The translations under genes and the position numbers were made by a program. Of a stretch of 64,000 nt of DNA, positions 38,348 to 48,312 are shown piece after piece. Position 1 is the first letter of the stretch. Every line of letters starts with the position of its first letter. The notes under the pieces were generated by a model. That model saw only the letters and a list, made by a program, of their open reading frames with translations. It ran no database searches and was not told the origin of the DNA. Source of the DNA: a virus; the IMG/VR virus record IMGVR_UViG_3300035698_020241, positions 1 through 64,000 of that record; one strand, written 5' to 3'.

Positions 38348-39403
38348 CTATTTTATCCACTTATTTGTGTGTAATTTTACATACGCTTCAGACCAATCAT
38401 AACTGTTATTAACTATAAAAGAAAAAACATCACTAAATCCGTACTTTACACTATACATATTTATATCTTTACACTCTTTATATTTACGAGGGAATAAAAA
38501 GTATTTAACTTTTTTTGCATATTTACTTGGTGATATATCCAATCGTCTACCCTTTCTTTTTTTACCAATCATAAATTTTGTCATTAAATCAATTCCGGCT
38601 TTATCATTATCCGGCGCCACAATTATATATTCATCTGTTAATTTAAATATCTCTTTCATCAAATCGTCTGATATTTCTGCACCCAGACAAGTTGTTCCCT
38701 GCGAACCAATAGTCATGGCATCTAATAACCCCTCTACAATTATGATAGGTTTTTTTCTATCAAATTTATGTTTGTTATGTATGATACTACCTTTTGCTAT
38801 CGTTGGATTTTTATACTTTGGATCCATATCGGACCCTGGAGGACGACGAGCCTGAAAATAAATAATATCTTTATTTTCATCGTATATAGGAATAATTATT
38901 CTACCTTTATAATCATCTTTAAAAGCATATAATAATTCATATTCCTTAGATAGTTTCCTACTTTCACGAAAATCACATAAGAGTTTCAAATATTTCTTAG
39001 CCATAACTCCTTCTTGAGGAAGCATATCCGTTATACAACTATCTAATATATAATTATGATTCTCGGTAGATATCTCTTTTACAATCTTTTCTTTCTTTTT
39101 ATTGGAAAGTTTTTGAATAAGATAATCTGGATTATATTTGAAAAGATCCTTTTTGGCTTGATTTATATCAACACCTTTTATCATTGTATATAATTCAAGG
39201 AATGAACCACTTTTCATACAGTTAAAGCAGTGATACATAGGATTACCATTATTGAAATCAAGATGGAATCTTTTTTTGGTTTGACTTTTTTGTGAATCAC
39301 CACATAATAAACATCGAGCATGAAAATGTGTACCATTTTTTGATACAGTAACTAAAGCAAAAAATTCATACATAAAATCATCCACAACTTGTAAGTCTAA
39401 CAT
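38348..39403 (-). CDS. gp61: DNA primase, T4 gp61-like
   Basis: Zinc domain ARCLLCGDS...YHCFNC; RIIIPIY..YFQAR..PKY; TOPRIM IIVEGLLDA and APDNDKAG. Confidence 0.92.
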   Translation of the reverse strand: MLDLQVVDDFMYEFFALVTVSKNGTHFHARCLLCGDSQKSQTKKRFHLDFNNGNPMYHCFNCMKSGSFLELYTMIKGVDINQAKKDLFKYNPDYLIQKLSNKKKEKIVKEISTENHNYILDSCITDMLPQEGVMAKKYLKLLCDFRESRKLSKEYELLYAFKDDYKGRIIIPIYDENKDIIYFQARRPPGSDMDPKYKNPTIAKGSIIHNKHKFDRKKPIIIVEGLLDAMTIGSQGTTCLGAEISDDLMKEIFKLTDEYIIVAPDNDKAGIDLMTKFMIGKKRKGRRLDISPSKYAKKVKYFLFPRKYKECKDINMYSVKYGFSDVFSFIVNNSYDWSEAYVKLHTNKWIK

Positions 39404-39417
39404 TTAATCTCCTTAAT

Positions 39418-39449
39418 AAAAAAACCCACACGGTAAAAACCATGTGGGT
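39418..39449 (-). terminator. Intrinsic terminator
   Basis: 11-bp stem ACCCACAUGGU/ACCGUGUGGGU, UUUU loop, followed by a U-tract. Confidence 0.8.
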
Positions 39450-39451
39450 CC

Positions 39452-39480
39452 ATTATACACTAACTAATTGTAATTGTAAA
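39452..39480 (-). promoter_or_regulatory. Sigma70-type promoter for primase
   Basis: TTTACA-N17-TATAAT with TG on the minus strand. Confidence 0.85.
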
Positions 39481-39494
39481 TATAAATTATATTT

Positions 39495-39686
39495 TTATGC
39501 TAACTCAAAAAAGTAACATTCAAAATCCAATGGTGTATATATTATAGGCTTATTTTTATCCATATCTTCAAAATAACCTTTTATACAATACACTTTACCT
39601 TTTCGTGTTTTGCAATGATGGCAATTTACACAAAGTAATAATTTATTTTTTAATTCCTGGCATTCTTTTAACGGCATCATCTTCAA
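39495..39686 (-). CDS. Small Cys-rich hypothetical protein
   Basis: CVNCHHC...C..G...C pattern. Confidence 0.5.
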   Translation of the reverse strand: MKMMPLKECQELKNKLLLCVNCHHCKTRKGKVYCIKGYFEDMDKNKPIIYTPLDFECYFFELA

Positions 39687-39978
39687 TCTCTTTCCTTATT
39701 TTTGGTGGGAATAATTTAAAAAACTTTGACATTTCAACTTCATCAACATTGAACATTATTGACATTGCGGCGGCAACTTCAAAAGGACCCCAACCTTTTT
39801 CTACTTTTTTTGTTTCGACATAAACCTTAGCCATAGCCCTCTTTAGTGTCTGTGAAACAGCTTGTCTTGAAATACCAAGTTCTTTTGCTATCTCTGCACC
39901 TGTCTTTGCCAAAACTTCTTCTTCAAAGACCATTTCTTGTCTTTCGCAATCTTCTATATGTTCTCTTAAACTACCCAT
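39643..39978 (-). CDS. Helix-turn-helix protein (sigma70 region-4-like)
   Basis: KTGAEIAKELGISRQAVSQTLKRAM. Confidence 0.75.
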   Translation of the reverse strand: MGSLREHIEDCERQEMVFEEEVLAKTGAEIAKELGISRQAVSQTLKRAMAKVYVETKKVEKGWGPFEVAAAMSIMFNVDEVEMSKFFKLFPPKIRKEIEDDAVKRMPGIKK

Positions 39979-40017
39979 GTTATTTATCTCCTAAAGTTTG
40001 TTGTTTATTAATATTAT

Positions 40018-40686
40018 TTATACGGTTTCAAACTCTTTTAGAACTTCTGGTTTATATTTTCTTAAAAAATTTATACAGTATTTAGTCTTATCGTTTACCC
40101 TCTGACCTGCTGGGTGAGATTTATCCCAAAGTTCTAAATTTTCAGGATCATTATCATTTCTAATACCATTTTTATGATGTACCTCTTCGTTTTTAGTTAA
40201 AGGTCTTCCTAATACACCGCTCATTATTTTTATATGTTCTCTAACTTGTCCATTACTATTAGAATTAGGATGTTTAGGTTCTCTAACTAAAATATATCCA
40301 CTCTCTGTCAAACTTTTATTTCCCCAAGCTAAACATCCACAAGATTTATGTCTATTGTTTCTTATATTACCAGATTCAGCAATGGTAATATTTCCACAAT
40401 CACATTTACATAACCATCTAGTACCTTTTTTATCATCAAATACTCTTTCAATAACCGTTAATTTATGAAATCTTTTTCCTGCTATATTATATTTTATACT
40501 TCGTTCTTTTTTCTGACATCCACAGTGGGTTTTTCTTTTTAGGTTTAAATCAGAAGTTTTTACTACTATTTCACTTCCACAATCACATTTACATAACCAT
40601 CTAGTAGGTTTTTTATCAACCATTTTAATGATATTTAAAATTCCATTTCTTTGTCCTGTTTTATCTTTCAGATTTGACATAAACAC
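40018..40686 (-). mobile_element. HNH homing endonuclease
   Basis: Two RWLCKCDCG...SCGC repeats; EEVHHKNGIRNDNDPENLELW. TATAAATT late-type box at 40692-40699. Confidence 0.88.
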
Positions 40687-40734
40687 TCCTCAATTTATAT
40701 ACATTCTTATCAATATGTAATGTTTTAATTGTAT

Positions 40735-41109
40735 TTATACTTTACTTGAAAATTCTTTTTGGATAAAATCCAAAAATTTCTTATCAATAAAATCACGTTT
40801 ATACATTTCTCTTATAATATACCAGACAGACTTTTTCATATCATTATAGCAATCATCTTTAAAATCAGCTCGCCATAAATATTTCATAGAATTACCAAGA
40901 TTAAAACCCATATGCTCTACAACATCTATACATTCTACTGGTATATGATTATAATGTGATGGGTGATTTGACCTTTCAGGTCCTATATCTTCACTACCTC
41001 TCAGTATACCATCAGCATCAAGTCCCATTGCTATATCACATATATGATTCTCGAACTTTTCACACAATTTTCCACAATGCGTACATGTCCATTTAGTATC
41101 TTTTTGCAT
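40735..41109 (-). CDS. DUF3310/SaV-like protein
   Basis: NHPSHYN...ECIDVV...FNLGNSMKYLWRA..K...DMKKSVWYI. Confidence 0.85.
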   Translation of the reverse strand: MQKDTKWTCTHCGKLCEKFENHICDIAMGLDADGILRGSEDIGPERSNHPSHYNHIPVECIDVVEHMGFNLGNSMKYLWRADFKDDCYNDMKKSVWYIIREMYKRDFIDKKFLDFIQKEFSSKV

Positions 41110-43985
41110 TATATTAACTCACATCCTCCTGCAGAACATGCCAACTCTGTGGCTCCTATAGTATAGTCGGAACTTTCGTATATATTCAAATCTTCAAAGT
41201 TTATCTTACGAGGAAAATCTTTTACCAGTTCTTTATATTTTTCTTCATCAATCTCCTCATAAGGAGGTAACTGATAAATTCCTGTATCATATGGTAAAAA
41301 ACTAATACCTGATACTATATCCCAATTCTTGTATACCCAAGCACCAACTTCAAGCCATTCATCATCCCTTACATAACAAGTAATACTTGGTTTATGCTCA
41401 CACCACGCAGTTTGCATTATTCTCCAATGCTCAAGTTGTGCTATTGCAGTTTTATCATTTCTGAATATTGCTCGTTTTGTGGGTGATTTAATTGGAAAGT
41501 CAAAGACAACTGTTGAACATTCATCAACTGTTCCTTGTTCCAATTCAGGGGTATGATTTACTCCTTTGTCTATTAAAAATTTACATATTGGATCTGTTCT
41601 TGAAACTCTTACTCTCCTGATATAATACATTGAATATCGTGGATGAATACCAGAAGATGTGTTAACTAACTGAGATACCGTACCACTTGGTTTGATAGCT
41701 GTAATGGCTGTAGGCATATTAATTCCTAAATTTTTACTCCACTTTTCTGCTACTTTTATAGCAGTGGTTCTCATAGACTCCAACCAATCAGATACTTTCT
41801 CAGATTTATTCTCATTACTCAATACTGGGTGATCCATTATACCTGTAAGTGATACACCAAGTAATCGTTCCTCATCACAATTCACCTTCCAACTTTTATC
41901 AAGAAATTTGAAATCTGTAAGTGTGGATTGTAATACACCAAGTATAGTTGCAAACTTAACTTTTTCAGTTAGATCATTCAGTTTATCACTATATCTAACT
42001 ACTACTTCTGAAAGGTTACAGAACTGGTTTGGTCTTAGAATAATTTCACTACATGGATTTGTACCGAAATCCCAATTTGCATCCCTTCTACCATTTATTG
42101 CTGCTATTCTCTTGGCACCTTCTCTATTGAAAATACCTCTTTCACCTGTACCTGACTTAATAAGTCTTCCCCATTCTTCCATGAATATTGGTATTTCAGG
42201 TCTTTCAGTATAAGCCACAGAATTGTTTGATAACTGTCTGTAAGGCGTTGACATCCAAAATTGTCCCTCTTTAGCCTTCATCATTCTTTGATCTGATAAA
42301 TTTGAAAGACTGATAGATGCGCTCCTTCTTACACCACCTACAACTACAATACTCGCAATATAACAAGCTAAATCATGAACCTCAAGTGAATTGAGTTTCC
42401 TGCCTTTAGCATTATGAAATGTTTGTATTGTAAATTCAATTAATCTTTTCAATGGACCAGGACCCGATGCCCTGCCACCAAATGTTTTCAGTATGGAACC
42501 TTTAGGTCTTATAAGGGTAAAATCAGTGTCAATTTCCTTACCTATGTATAATCCCTCTATGAATTGGCGATAGCCCTCTGCCCAACCAAACTTTGAATCT
42601 TCAAATATTATTACTTCATCACATCTGTTTATCATTGCTGGTATTTCTGGCAGTTTATTAATATGTTGTCTCTCTACTGAAAAACCTACACCACAACCGT
42701 TCATCATGATATACATGATCTCGGAGAGTGCTTTTACTCTATCTATTATTGTATAGGCACAATTTCCTGTTACGATACCATTAGGCATTACAAATGATTT
42801 ATCATCTTCCACTTCAAGACACCATACATCTGATTTAAAAGTATTACCTATATTTTTGACCTTCCAAGCAGTTCTACCATAATTATGCTTATTTTCATCA
42901 AAACCTAACTGATACGATGATATGAAATACCTATATGCTTTATTACTATATTTACCAAGATTTGTTTCTTGATTAACATCACCTTTTGATGTTATATAAA
43001 CACCGGCAATAGGAAAACACTTTTCAATAAAATCTTGTGCTTCTTTAGATACCTGTACTATATTTCTATAACGGGAAATCTTTATATTATCATCATCTTT
43101 TCTTTTGAGATTTGTGTTTTTACCACCATCTCCGTCTAAAAATCCTCTAATAAAAGCCCTTAATAATCTTGGATCATCCACTGAAGGATCTGGTAAGGTT
43201 TTTAAATATTTACCAGTATATACCATAAAATCTCCATCAAGTGAATTACTTGAAGATGTTTTAAATCCTAATTCTTCAAATCTATGTTTATATCTTATAT
43301 CATCTCCACACAATCTTATCATTGATCGTCTTGGTGATCCATCATCATTCTTTGTTACTGTTCCGTCTGCATATACAAGACCGTAAGCCCAATATACCCT
43401 CTCATCTGTAGGGGCTCCATCATACACAAAATCTTCAAACATATTAGGTTGTCCTAATAATGTATGTCCTTCTTTTAATTCGGTAGTTTCACTACCATCC
43501 TTTAATAACCATCTATGGTCCTTTGTTGTATTAACAACAAAAGGTTTTGAATTTCCTTTTTTAAATGTTACAGGATAAAGAAAATCTTTACCATAATTTC
43601 TTACTTTTGCTTTTTTCCAATTACCTTTATGTGTTAATACTACTGTAAAATCACCATCTTTAAAATCTTTAAATGATTTTACACCACATTTTGTAACAAA
43701 CTCTGTTTCTCGTCCAAAGCAGTTGTACCCTGCTATGTTATCATTCTCAAGTGCTGGGCCTGCACTCCACAATGCCCTCATTGAAGGCATTATTTTCTTT
43801 TCAAGAACAAATTCCTTTGCTTTGTCAAAAGCCCTTTGTAAGTTAGTGGGAACCCTATCTCCAAAAAAATCAAAATACCGATCAACAGTCTCTTCCCATG
43901 TTTCTCTTCTCTGCTGATCCCATATCCATCTACTGTAAGTTCTTTTATAAATGAACTCACTGTAAAAACTACTAATGTCCCTCAT
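41109..43985 (-). CDS. nrdJ: Class II (B12-dependent) ribonucleotide reductase with intein
   Basis: YKRTYSRW...ETWEETVDR, MPSMRALW, GCGVGFSV, GGVRRSA, GTNPCSEI, TAIKPSGTVSQL, C-terminal ACSAGGCEL. Confidence 0.95.
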   Translation of the reverse strand: MRDISSFYSEFIYKRTYSRWIWDQQRRETWEETVDRYFDFFGDRVPTNLQRAFDKAKEFVLEKKIMPSMRALWSAGPALENDNIAGYNCFGRETEFVTKCGVKSFKDFKDGDFTVVLTHKGNWKKAKVRNYGKDFLYPVTFKKGNSKPFVVNTTKDHRWLLKDGSETTELKEGHTLLGQPNMFEDFVYDGAPTDERVYWAYGLVYADGTVTKNDDGSPRRSMIRLCGDDIRYKHRFEELGFKTSSSNSLDGDFMVYTGKYLKTLPDPSVDDPRLLRAFIRGFLDGDGGKNTNLKRKDDDNIKISRYRNIVQVSKEAQDFIEKCFPIAGVYITSKGDVNQETNLGKYSNKAYRYFISSYQLGFDENKHNYGRTAWKVKNIGNTFKSDVWCLEVEDDKSFVMPNGIVTGNCAYTIIDRVKALSEIMYIMMNGCGVGFSVERQHINKLPEIPAMINRCDEVIIFEDSKFGWAEGYRQFIEGLYIGKEIDTDFTLIRPKGSILKTFGGRASGPGPLKRLIEFTIQTFHNAKGRKLNSLEVHDLACYIASIVVVGGVRRSASISLSNLSDQRMMKAKEGQFWMSTPYRQLSNNSVAYTERPEIPIFMEEWGRLIKSGTGERGIFNREGAKRIAAINGRRDANWDFGTNPCSEIILRPNQFCNLSEVVVRYSDKLNDLTEKVKFATILGVLQSTLTDFKFLDKSWKVNCDEERLLGVSLTGIMDHPVLSNENKSEKVSDWLESMRTTAIKVAEKWSKNLGINMPTAITAIKPSGTVSQLVNTSSGIHPRYSMYYIRRVRVSRTDPICKFLIDKGVNHTPELEQGTVDECSTVVFDFPIKSPTKRAIFRNDKTAIAQLEHWRIMQTAWCEHKPSITCYVRDDEWLEVGAWVYKNWDIVSGISFLPYDTGIYQLPPYEEIDEEKYKELVKDFPRKINFEDLNIYESSDYTIGATELACSAGGCELI
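42762..43721 (-). mobile_element. Cis-splicing intein (320 aa) with LAGLIDADG endonuclease in NrdJ
   Basis: GYN|CFGRETEF...TKDHRW (block B)...AYGLVYADG...FIRGFLDGDG...VWCLEVEDDKSFVMPNGIVTGN|CAY. Confidence 0.92.
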
Positions 43986-44019
43986 TAAATATTACATGTC
44001 TCCCCGTTCTCCTTTATAT

Positions 44020-44520
44020 TTAAAGGTTAAACTTGTTTATTTCTACTTTTGTTACTTTACCTGTTACACTTACCAATTTACCACATTTAACACAATGCAA
44101 TGTTTCAGCGTGAATAGTTATATCCTGATATAAACCTACATAATCAAGAGTTCCAGCAGGACTTTCCCGTGTATAATCTATCCAAATAACATATGATACA
44201 CCGCATTCACAATCATAAGGTGAGGGTTTAGAGGTCTGTTGTGTTTGCCATAGTCTTTCTCTTATTTGGTCCTCACCTTCCCATATTCTTCTTCTTACTC
44301 GGTCCTCATGGCGATCTCTTTCTAGATTGTAACGGCTAATACCTCTATCCATATCATCATATGATACAGCATTATTTCTTGCAGTTGCCTTTACAGTTTC
44401 AACAACAATATCATCCACTAGTTCTTTACCAAACTTATCTAGTGTTTCACCTATTTCATCAAAAATCTCGTCCACATTATCACCAAGCAAAACCAGGAGC
44501 CTTGGGCTCCTGGTTTTCAT
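44020..44520 (-). CDS. Hypothetical protein with zinc-ribbon-like C-terminus
   Basis: CEC...CVKC; preceded by TATAAATA. Confidence 0.55.
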   Translation of the reverse strand: MKTRSPRLLVLLGDNVDEIFDEIGETLDKFGKELVDDIVVETVKATARNNAVSYDDMDRGISRYNLERDRHEDRVRRRIWEGEDQIRERLWQTQQTSKPSPYDCECGVSYVIWIDYTRESPAGTLDYVGLYQDITIHAETLHCVKCGKLVSVTGKVTKVEINKFNL

Positions 44521-44533
44521 ATTTATATTTATA
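44520..44533 (-). promoter_or_regulatory. T4-late-type promoter (overlapping TATAAATA boxes)
   Basis: Minus strand reads TATAAATATAAATATG; a gp55 homolog is present in the window. Confidence 0.55.
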
Positions 44534-44538
44534 TCTCG

Positions 44539-44745
44539 TTATATTCTGAGATATTCTCTTGCATCATCTGTTATTCTTTCAACTTTCAGATCCTCACGAA
44601 ATTTCTCAGGTATTTTTTTAAATACCGCTATTATTTCCTCTCTGTCCGTAAAGATTTTAAACGAACCATATCCATATGGAATTTGATGTTCTTTTTCAAA
44701 AGAATCTCTAACTTTCGGGTCAACAATAGCATATCTCTCAATCAT
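44539..44745 (-). CDS. Hypothetical protein
   Basis: AAGGAG RBS; coupled ORF. Confidence 0.5.
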   Translation of the reverse strand: MIERYAIVDPKVRDSFEKEHQIPYGYGSFKIFTDREEIIAVFKKIPEKFREDLKVERITDDAREYLRI

Positions 44746-45044
44746 TTCTGCTCCTTTTTATGAAAAAAGATTGTATTTCTTTTTTCCTGTCTACGTTTCT
44801 CAATTATACTTACTAACACATCACCATGACATGGTTTCGGTTTACACCAACATCCTAATATCTTACCTTCTAACTCATCCAGTGACGACATTAAATGTTT
44901 TTGAGTCAATATCCACTTTTCATACTTCTTAATCCTATCACATCTAGTTCCATTTGTAAATGGATTTTTCCACTTAGATGGGTTTGCGATTAGAACATCG
45001 TAAGTATCATTTTTTAAATGAACTACTTTCGTTTTATTTTTCAT
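44742..45044 (-). CDS. DUF4326 protein
   Basis: VVHLK..YDVLI..PSKWKNPF...LDELEGKILGCWCKPKPCHGDVL. Confidence 0.85.
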   Translation of the reverse strand: MKNKTKVVHLKNDTYDVLIANPSKWKNPFTNGTRCDRIKKYEKWILTQKHLMSSLDELEGKILGCWCKPKPCHGDVLVSIIEKRRQEKRNTIFFHKKEQK

Positions 45045-45396
45045 AATGACTACAACAAAAGTCCTCTCTTGTTACAAATTCTGGGTTAAGAGCTGTATGG
45101 GTTTCAATCGTAAACAAACAATCCTCCCTGTCAGTCTTATCACAGTATCCATATCTTGGTGTAATTTCTCTCTCTTTTCGTAACCAAAATGCACATGCAC
45201 CACAATTTTTTTCTCCATCCTTAACAATCATATGCTCATAGTCTTTAGATTCCATATGAATAATATGTTCAAATCTTTTAAGGGCCTGTCTTATTGTTTC
45301 CGCTTTGCTTGGAGAATCTATTTCCTTGGTCAACTCATTTAATCTTTTGACTGCCTCTTTTGAAAAGTCAAAACTTATTCTTTTATATACTTTCAT
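45034..45396 (-). CDS. Ribbon-helix-helix protein with Cys-rich C-terminus
   Basis: KRISFDFSKEAVKRLNEL...SKAETIRQAL; CGACAFW...C...CC. Confidence 0.6.
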   Translation of the reverse strand: MKVYKRISFDFSKEAVKRLNELTKEIDSPSKAETIRQALKRFEHIIHMESKDYEHMIVKDGEKNCGACAFWLRKEREITPRYGYCDKTDREDCLFTIETHTALNPEFVTREDFCCSHYEK

Positions 45397-45409
45397 TAGT
45401 GTCCTTTCC

Positions 45410-46294
45410 TTAGTATAAACTCATTAGCTTTCGTTCAATATTTGTAAAGTCATCCAAAAATCCACGCATATTATATTGTTTAAAGAATTTACGAATGTTT
45501 TGAGGTGGTGGGAAAGTTGATCGTTTATATGATATTGTGATTCTATCTCTCATTGACTGTGGTATATAACCAAAGTCCATAAGAATTCTATTTCGTTTAA
45601 AATTGTCCTGTAAATCTTTCTTTTCAAGCCATTCTTCATAACCTTCTTTCATCACTTTATCACAAGATTTTGGACCAAAACCTGGCTTTCTTTTACCTGC
45701 AGTTTCGGGCGTCTGGCCCCAATTATTTGGTGTTATTACATTAAATATATCATCTTTTGCTTGTCCCATTAAACTTTTTCTTATAACAAAAAGTTCTGTA
45801 TCATCACATTGAGAATATTTTTTATTCTTGGGATTCCATACCCGTACACTATCACTACATAGTTGTAAATAATCTTCATCATTGCTTATAACTATACTCT
45901 CACCTCTATTTTCCATGGCGAGTATGCCTATAATATCATCTGCTTCTGCACCTCTAACTTTTAATACTTTATAGGGCATGAAATGCTTCAAGTCAGCCGC
46001 AAGTCTATCTATAGCACCATAAAGTAAGTTAAAATCTACCTCTGTTTTATCTCTTTTCTTTTTTCTGGATTCTTTATATCTGGGGAAATAGGATTTTCTC
46101 CAGGTGTTCTTGTCGTCCACAGCAATCACAACTTCGTTGATACCTTTCTCAAGATACATCCACTTATGGATTACTTCACATACCATGTATCTCCATATGT
46201 CAAAATTCGGTTTAGGCGTGTACACTGCCACTTCTTTTAGGAAGAAATAGCGGAAGGCTAGATTATTAAAATCTATCAGTATCGTTTTTTTCAT
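45410..46294 (-). CDS. rnh: T4-type RNase H / 5'-3' exonuclease
   Basis: ILIDFNN, AVDD..TWRK..FPRYKESR, EADDIIG, ISNDEDYLQL. Confidence 0.9.
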   Translation of the reverse strand: MKKTILIDFNNLAFRYFFLKEVAVYTPKPNFDIWRYMVCEVIHKWMYLEKGINEVVIAVDDKNTWRKSYFPRYKESRKKKRDKTEVDFNLLYGAIDRLAADLKHFMPYKVLKVRGAEADDIIGILAMENRGESIVISNDEDYLQLCSDSVRVWNPKNKKYSQCDDTELFVIRKSLMGQAKDDIFNVITPNNWGQTPETAGKRKPGFGPKSCDKVMKEGYEEWLEKKDLQDNFKRNRILMDFGYIPQSMRDRITISYKRSTFPPPQNIRKFFKQYNMRGFLDDFTNIERKLMSLY

Positions 46295-46324
46295 TTTTAC
46301 ATCCTTTCATATTTCACTACTTAT

Positions 46325-46353
46325 AGTATAACATATGAAGATGTTTTTGTAAA
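46325..46353 (-). promoter_or_regulatory. Sigma70-type promoter
   Basis: TTTACA-N17-TATACT with TGT. Confidence 0.8.
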
Positions 46354-46551
46354 CTAATCGTTTTTCTTCTTGTTTTTCTCTATTAAAAATGACTTAGCAA
46401 ACGCTATCAATTTCTTGATTTGGGTTTTTGATTGTTTATGACACATGAATATAGGAAGCATGTTAAGTACTTCCTCATTCGTAGGCTCATATTGCTCCAA
46501 ATACCCTTGTGCTGTATTAGGTTCAATTTCTTTCATTATGTTTCCTTTCAT
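46354..46551 (-). CDS. Hypothetical protein
   Basis: ORF between two promoters. Confidence 0.5.
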   Translation of the reverse strand: MKGNIMKEIEPNTAQGYLEQYEPTNEEVLNMLPIFMCHKQSKTQIKKLIAFAKSFLIEKNKKKND

Positions 46552-46566
46552 TATTTTAATACCTAT

Positions 46567-46595
46567 ATTATAACATATAAAGGTAGTATTGTAAA
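46567..46595 (-). promoter_or_regulatory. Sigma70-type promoter
   Basis: TTTACA-N17-TATAAT with TGT. Confidence 0.85.
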
Positions 46596-46596
46596 C

Positions 46597-47052
46597 CTAT
46601 GGTTTACCTTTATACAACGCCGTTTCTGCCGCATATACTTTATTAAAACATTCAGCATAACTTAAAATATTTAATCCATTTGAATACTTCATCCAACTAT
46701 AAAGATATAAAGATTTTATTTTACCAATAGGCAAAGTACACCTTGTACTTTTATATTCTTTACATGTAAGGGTTGATGCTCCATATGGAAACAATGATCT
46801 TACTTTAGTTGAACTATAATTAATAGGTGATACAAAAAATGTCTTAGTTATAACAACATCTAATATTTCAACAGAACTACTTAATATCTTTTTCAATACA
46901 TCTATCTGTGTGTTTCTATCTGGTTGTTTAATTACTCCTGCTAAACTACCAAGTTTAAATATCAATGAATCTGTTTGTTCTCTTACTCTATCTACAACAT
47001 CATAAACACAGATTGCTCCTTCCTTTTTAGGTGAAATTAAATCATCAAACAT
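46597..47052 (-). CDS. Hypothetical protein
   Basis: TAATG-coupled ORF starting MFDDLI. Confidence 0.5.
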   Translation of the reverse strand: MFDDLISPKKEGAICVYDVVDRVREQTDSLIFKLGSLAGVIKQPDRNTQIDVLKKILSSSVEILDVVITKTFFVSPINYSSTKVRSLFPYGASTLTCKEYKSTRCTLPIGKIKSLYLYSWMKYSNGLNILSYAECFNKVYAAETALYKGKP

Positions 47053-47345
47053 TATTTAATCTTCCTTGTGTATCCATCATGACTTATATGAAATGCTTGT
47101 TTATACATAGAACCTGCCATATATTTTGATGCAGATGTGCCGTTTTTAAATCTTACCCTTTTACGTCCATGACGCATATTTTGATGAAACTCATCTTTAC
47201 TTACATTAAATACAGGTAGACCTCCCTTCTCACCGTCAGCAAAACAATCAGCTACACATGTTTTTACTTTTCCGAGTTCTCCTGTTACAGCATGATCTTT
47301 AGCTGCTAAATCTTCTGGTCTTATATTACCACCTATTTCACTCAT
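47052..47345 (-). CDS. Hypothetical protein
   Basis: GAGG RBS; coupled ORF. Confidence 0.55.
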   Translation of the reverse strand: MSEIGGNIRPEDLAAKDHAVTGELGKVKTCVADCFADGEKGGLPVFNVSKDEFHQNMRHGRKRVRFKNGTSASKYMAGSMYKQAFHISHDGYTRKIK

Positions 47346-47773
47346 TAAACTTCCTCCTCATTTAATATTTCTTCCACTAACATTTCTAATCCTTCATCAG
47401 ATATGGAATGACTATTTCCTAACATTTTCATTGCTGCCATTTTAACAATTTTCTTCAATTTTTTAAGTTTACTTTTTTTCTCAGGTTCCTCTACTCTTTT
47501 AGTATCATCAGATTTTACTATATTTATAGTATTCGTTCCCATTTCCTCATCATTAAATGCATCTTTTAATCTTTTATATTTTACTCTCATTTCCGAATTC
47601 ATGGAAATATAGTATCTCAATAACAAAGGTTTCATACCTTTTTTTTCCATAGTAGTGGCCAATTTATTAAAATCTTTATTGTTAGATATAACCTCATTAG
47701 GGTTTACCAATTTGTCAAATAAAAATGCCACTGTAAAATCTGCATACTCATTGGGTGTTATATTTATCTTCAT
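47345..47773 (-). CDS. Hypothetical protein
   Basis: Coupled ORF. Confidence 0.55.
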   Translation of the reverse strand: MKINITPNEYADFTVAFLFDKLVNPNEVISNNKDFNKLATTMEKKGMKPLLLRYYISMNSEMRVKYKRLKDAFNDEEMGTNTINIVKSDDTKRVEEPEKKSKLKKLKKIVKMAAMKMLGNSHSISDEGLEMLVEEILNEEEV

Positions 47774-48312
47774 TTTATCTCCGCCAATTCTTTAATATTT
47801 TCAGGTGTTATAATATTGAAAAAATTCTCAAATGAAAAGAACTCAACAGATGGTAAATAATCACATTCCCATGTCATAACAATAGATGGAAGTTCACAAA
47901 GTTTCTCATTTATACAACTAAGTGTCCATGATACTTCTTCCTCTATACCAACTATATGTTTTTGACCCTTTTTCCTATATATAAGCATTCCTGCTTTATC
48001 ACCTTTTTTAGCATCGTCCATACATTGTATCCAAAAATCTCTAATATTAAAATTTTTTATGTTTTTAAAATGTTGCCAGAAAGATGTTTTTGGATAACCA
48101 TTTTTACATTCAATGCTAAAATAATCTGTTAAAAACTCCGCATCAGGTGCTAAAGCTCTTATATCACCTGATAGATCAACATTCTCCTCATGTATAGTGG
48201 CTAAACCACCACTACCTGGCATTCGCCAATATTTATAAGGTTTTGGTTTTCCTGTTAACCATGATGTAAGTTCCTTACTTACATCCCTTTCAAAATCTCC
48301 TCCTTTCCCCAT
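47770..48312 (-). CDS. Holliday junction resolvase (PD-(D/E)XK type)
   Basis: KGGDFERDVSKEL...WRMPGSGG...GDI...FSIECKNG...FWIQCMDDA. Confidence 0.82.
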   Translation of the reverse strand: MGKGGDFERDVSKELTSWLTGKPKPYKYWRMPGSGGLATIHEENVDLSGDIRALAPDAEFLTDYFSIECKNGYPKTSFWQHFKNIKNFNIRDFWIQCMDDAKKGDKAGMLIYRKKGQKHIVGIEEEVSWTLSCINEKLCELPSIVMTWECDYLPSVEFFSFENFFNIITPENIKELAEIK

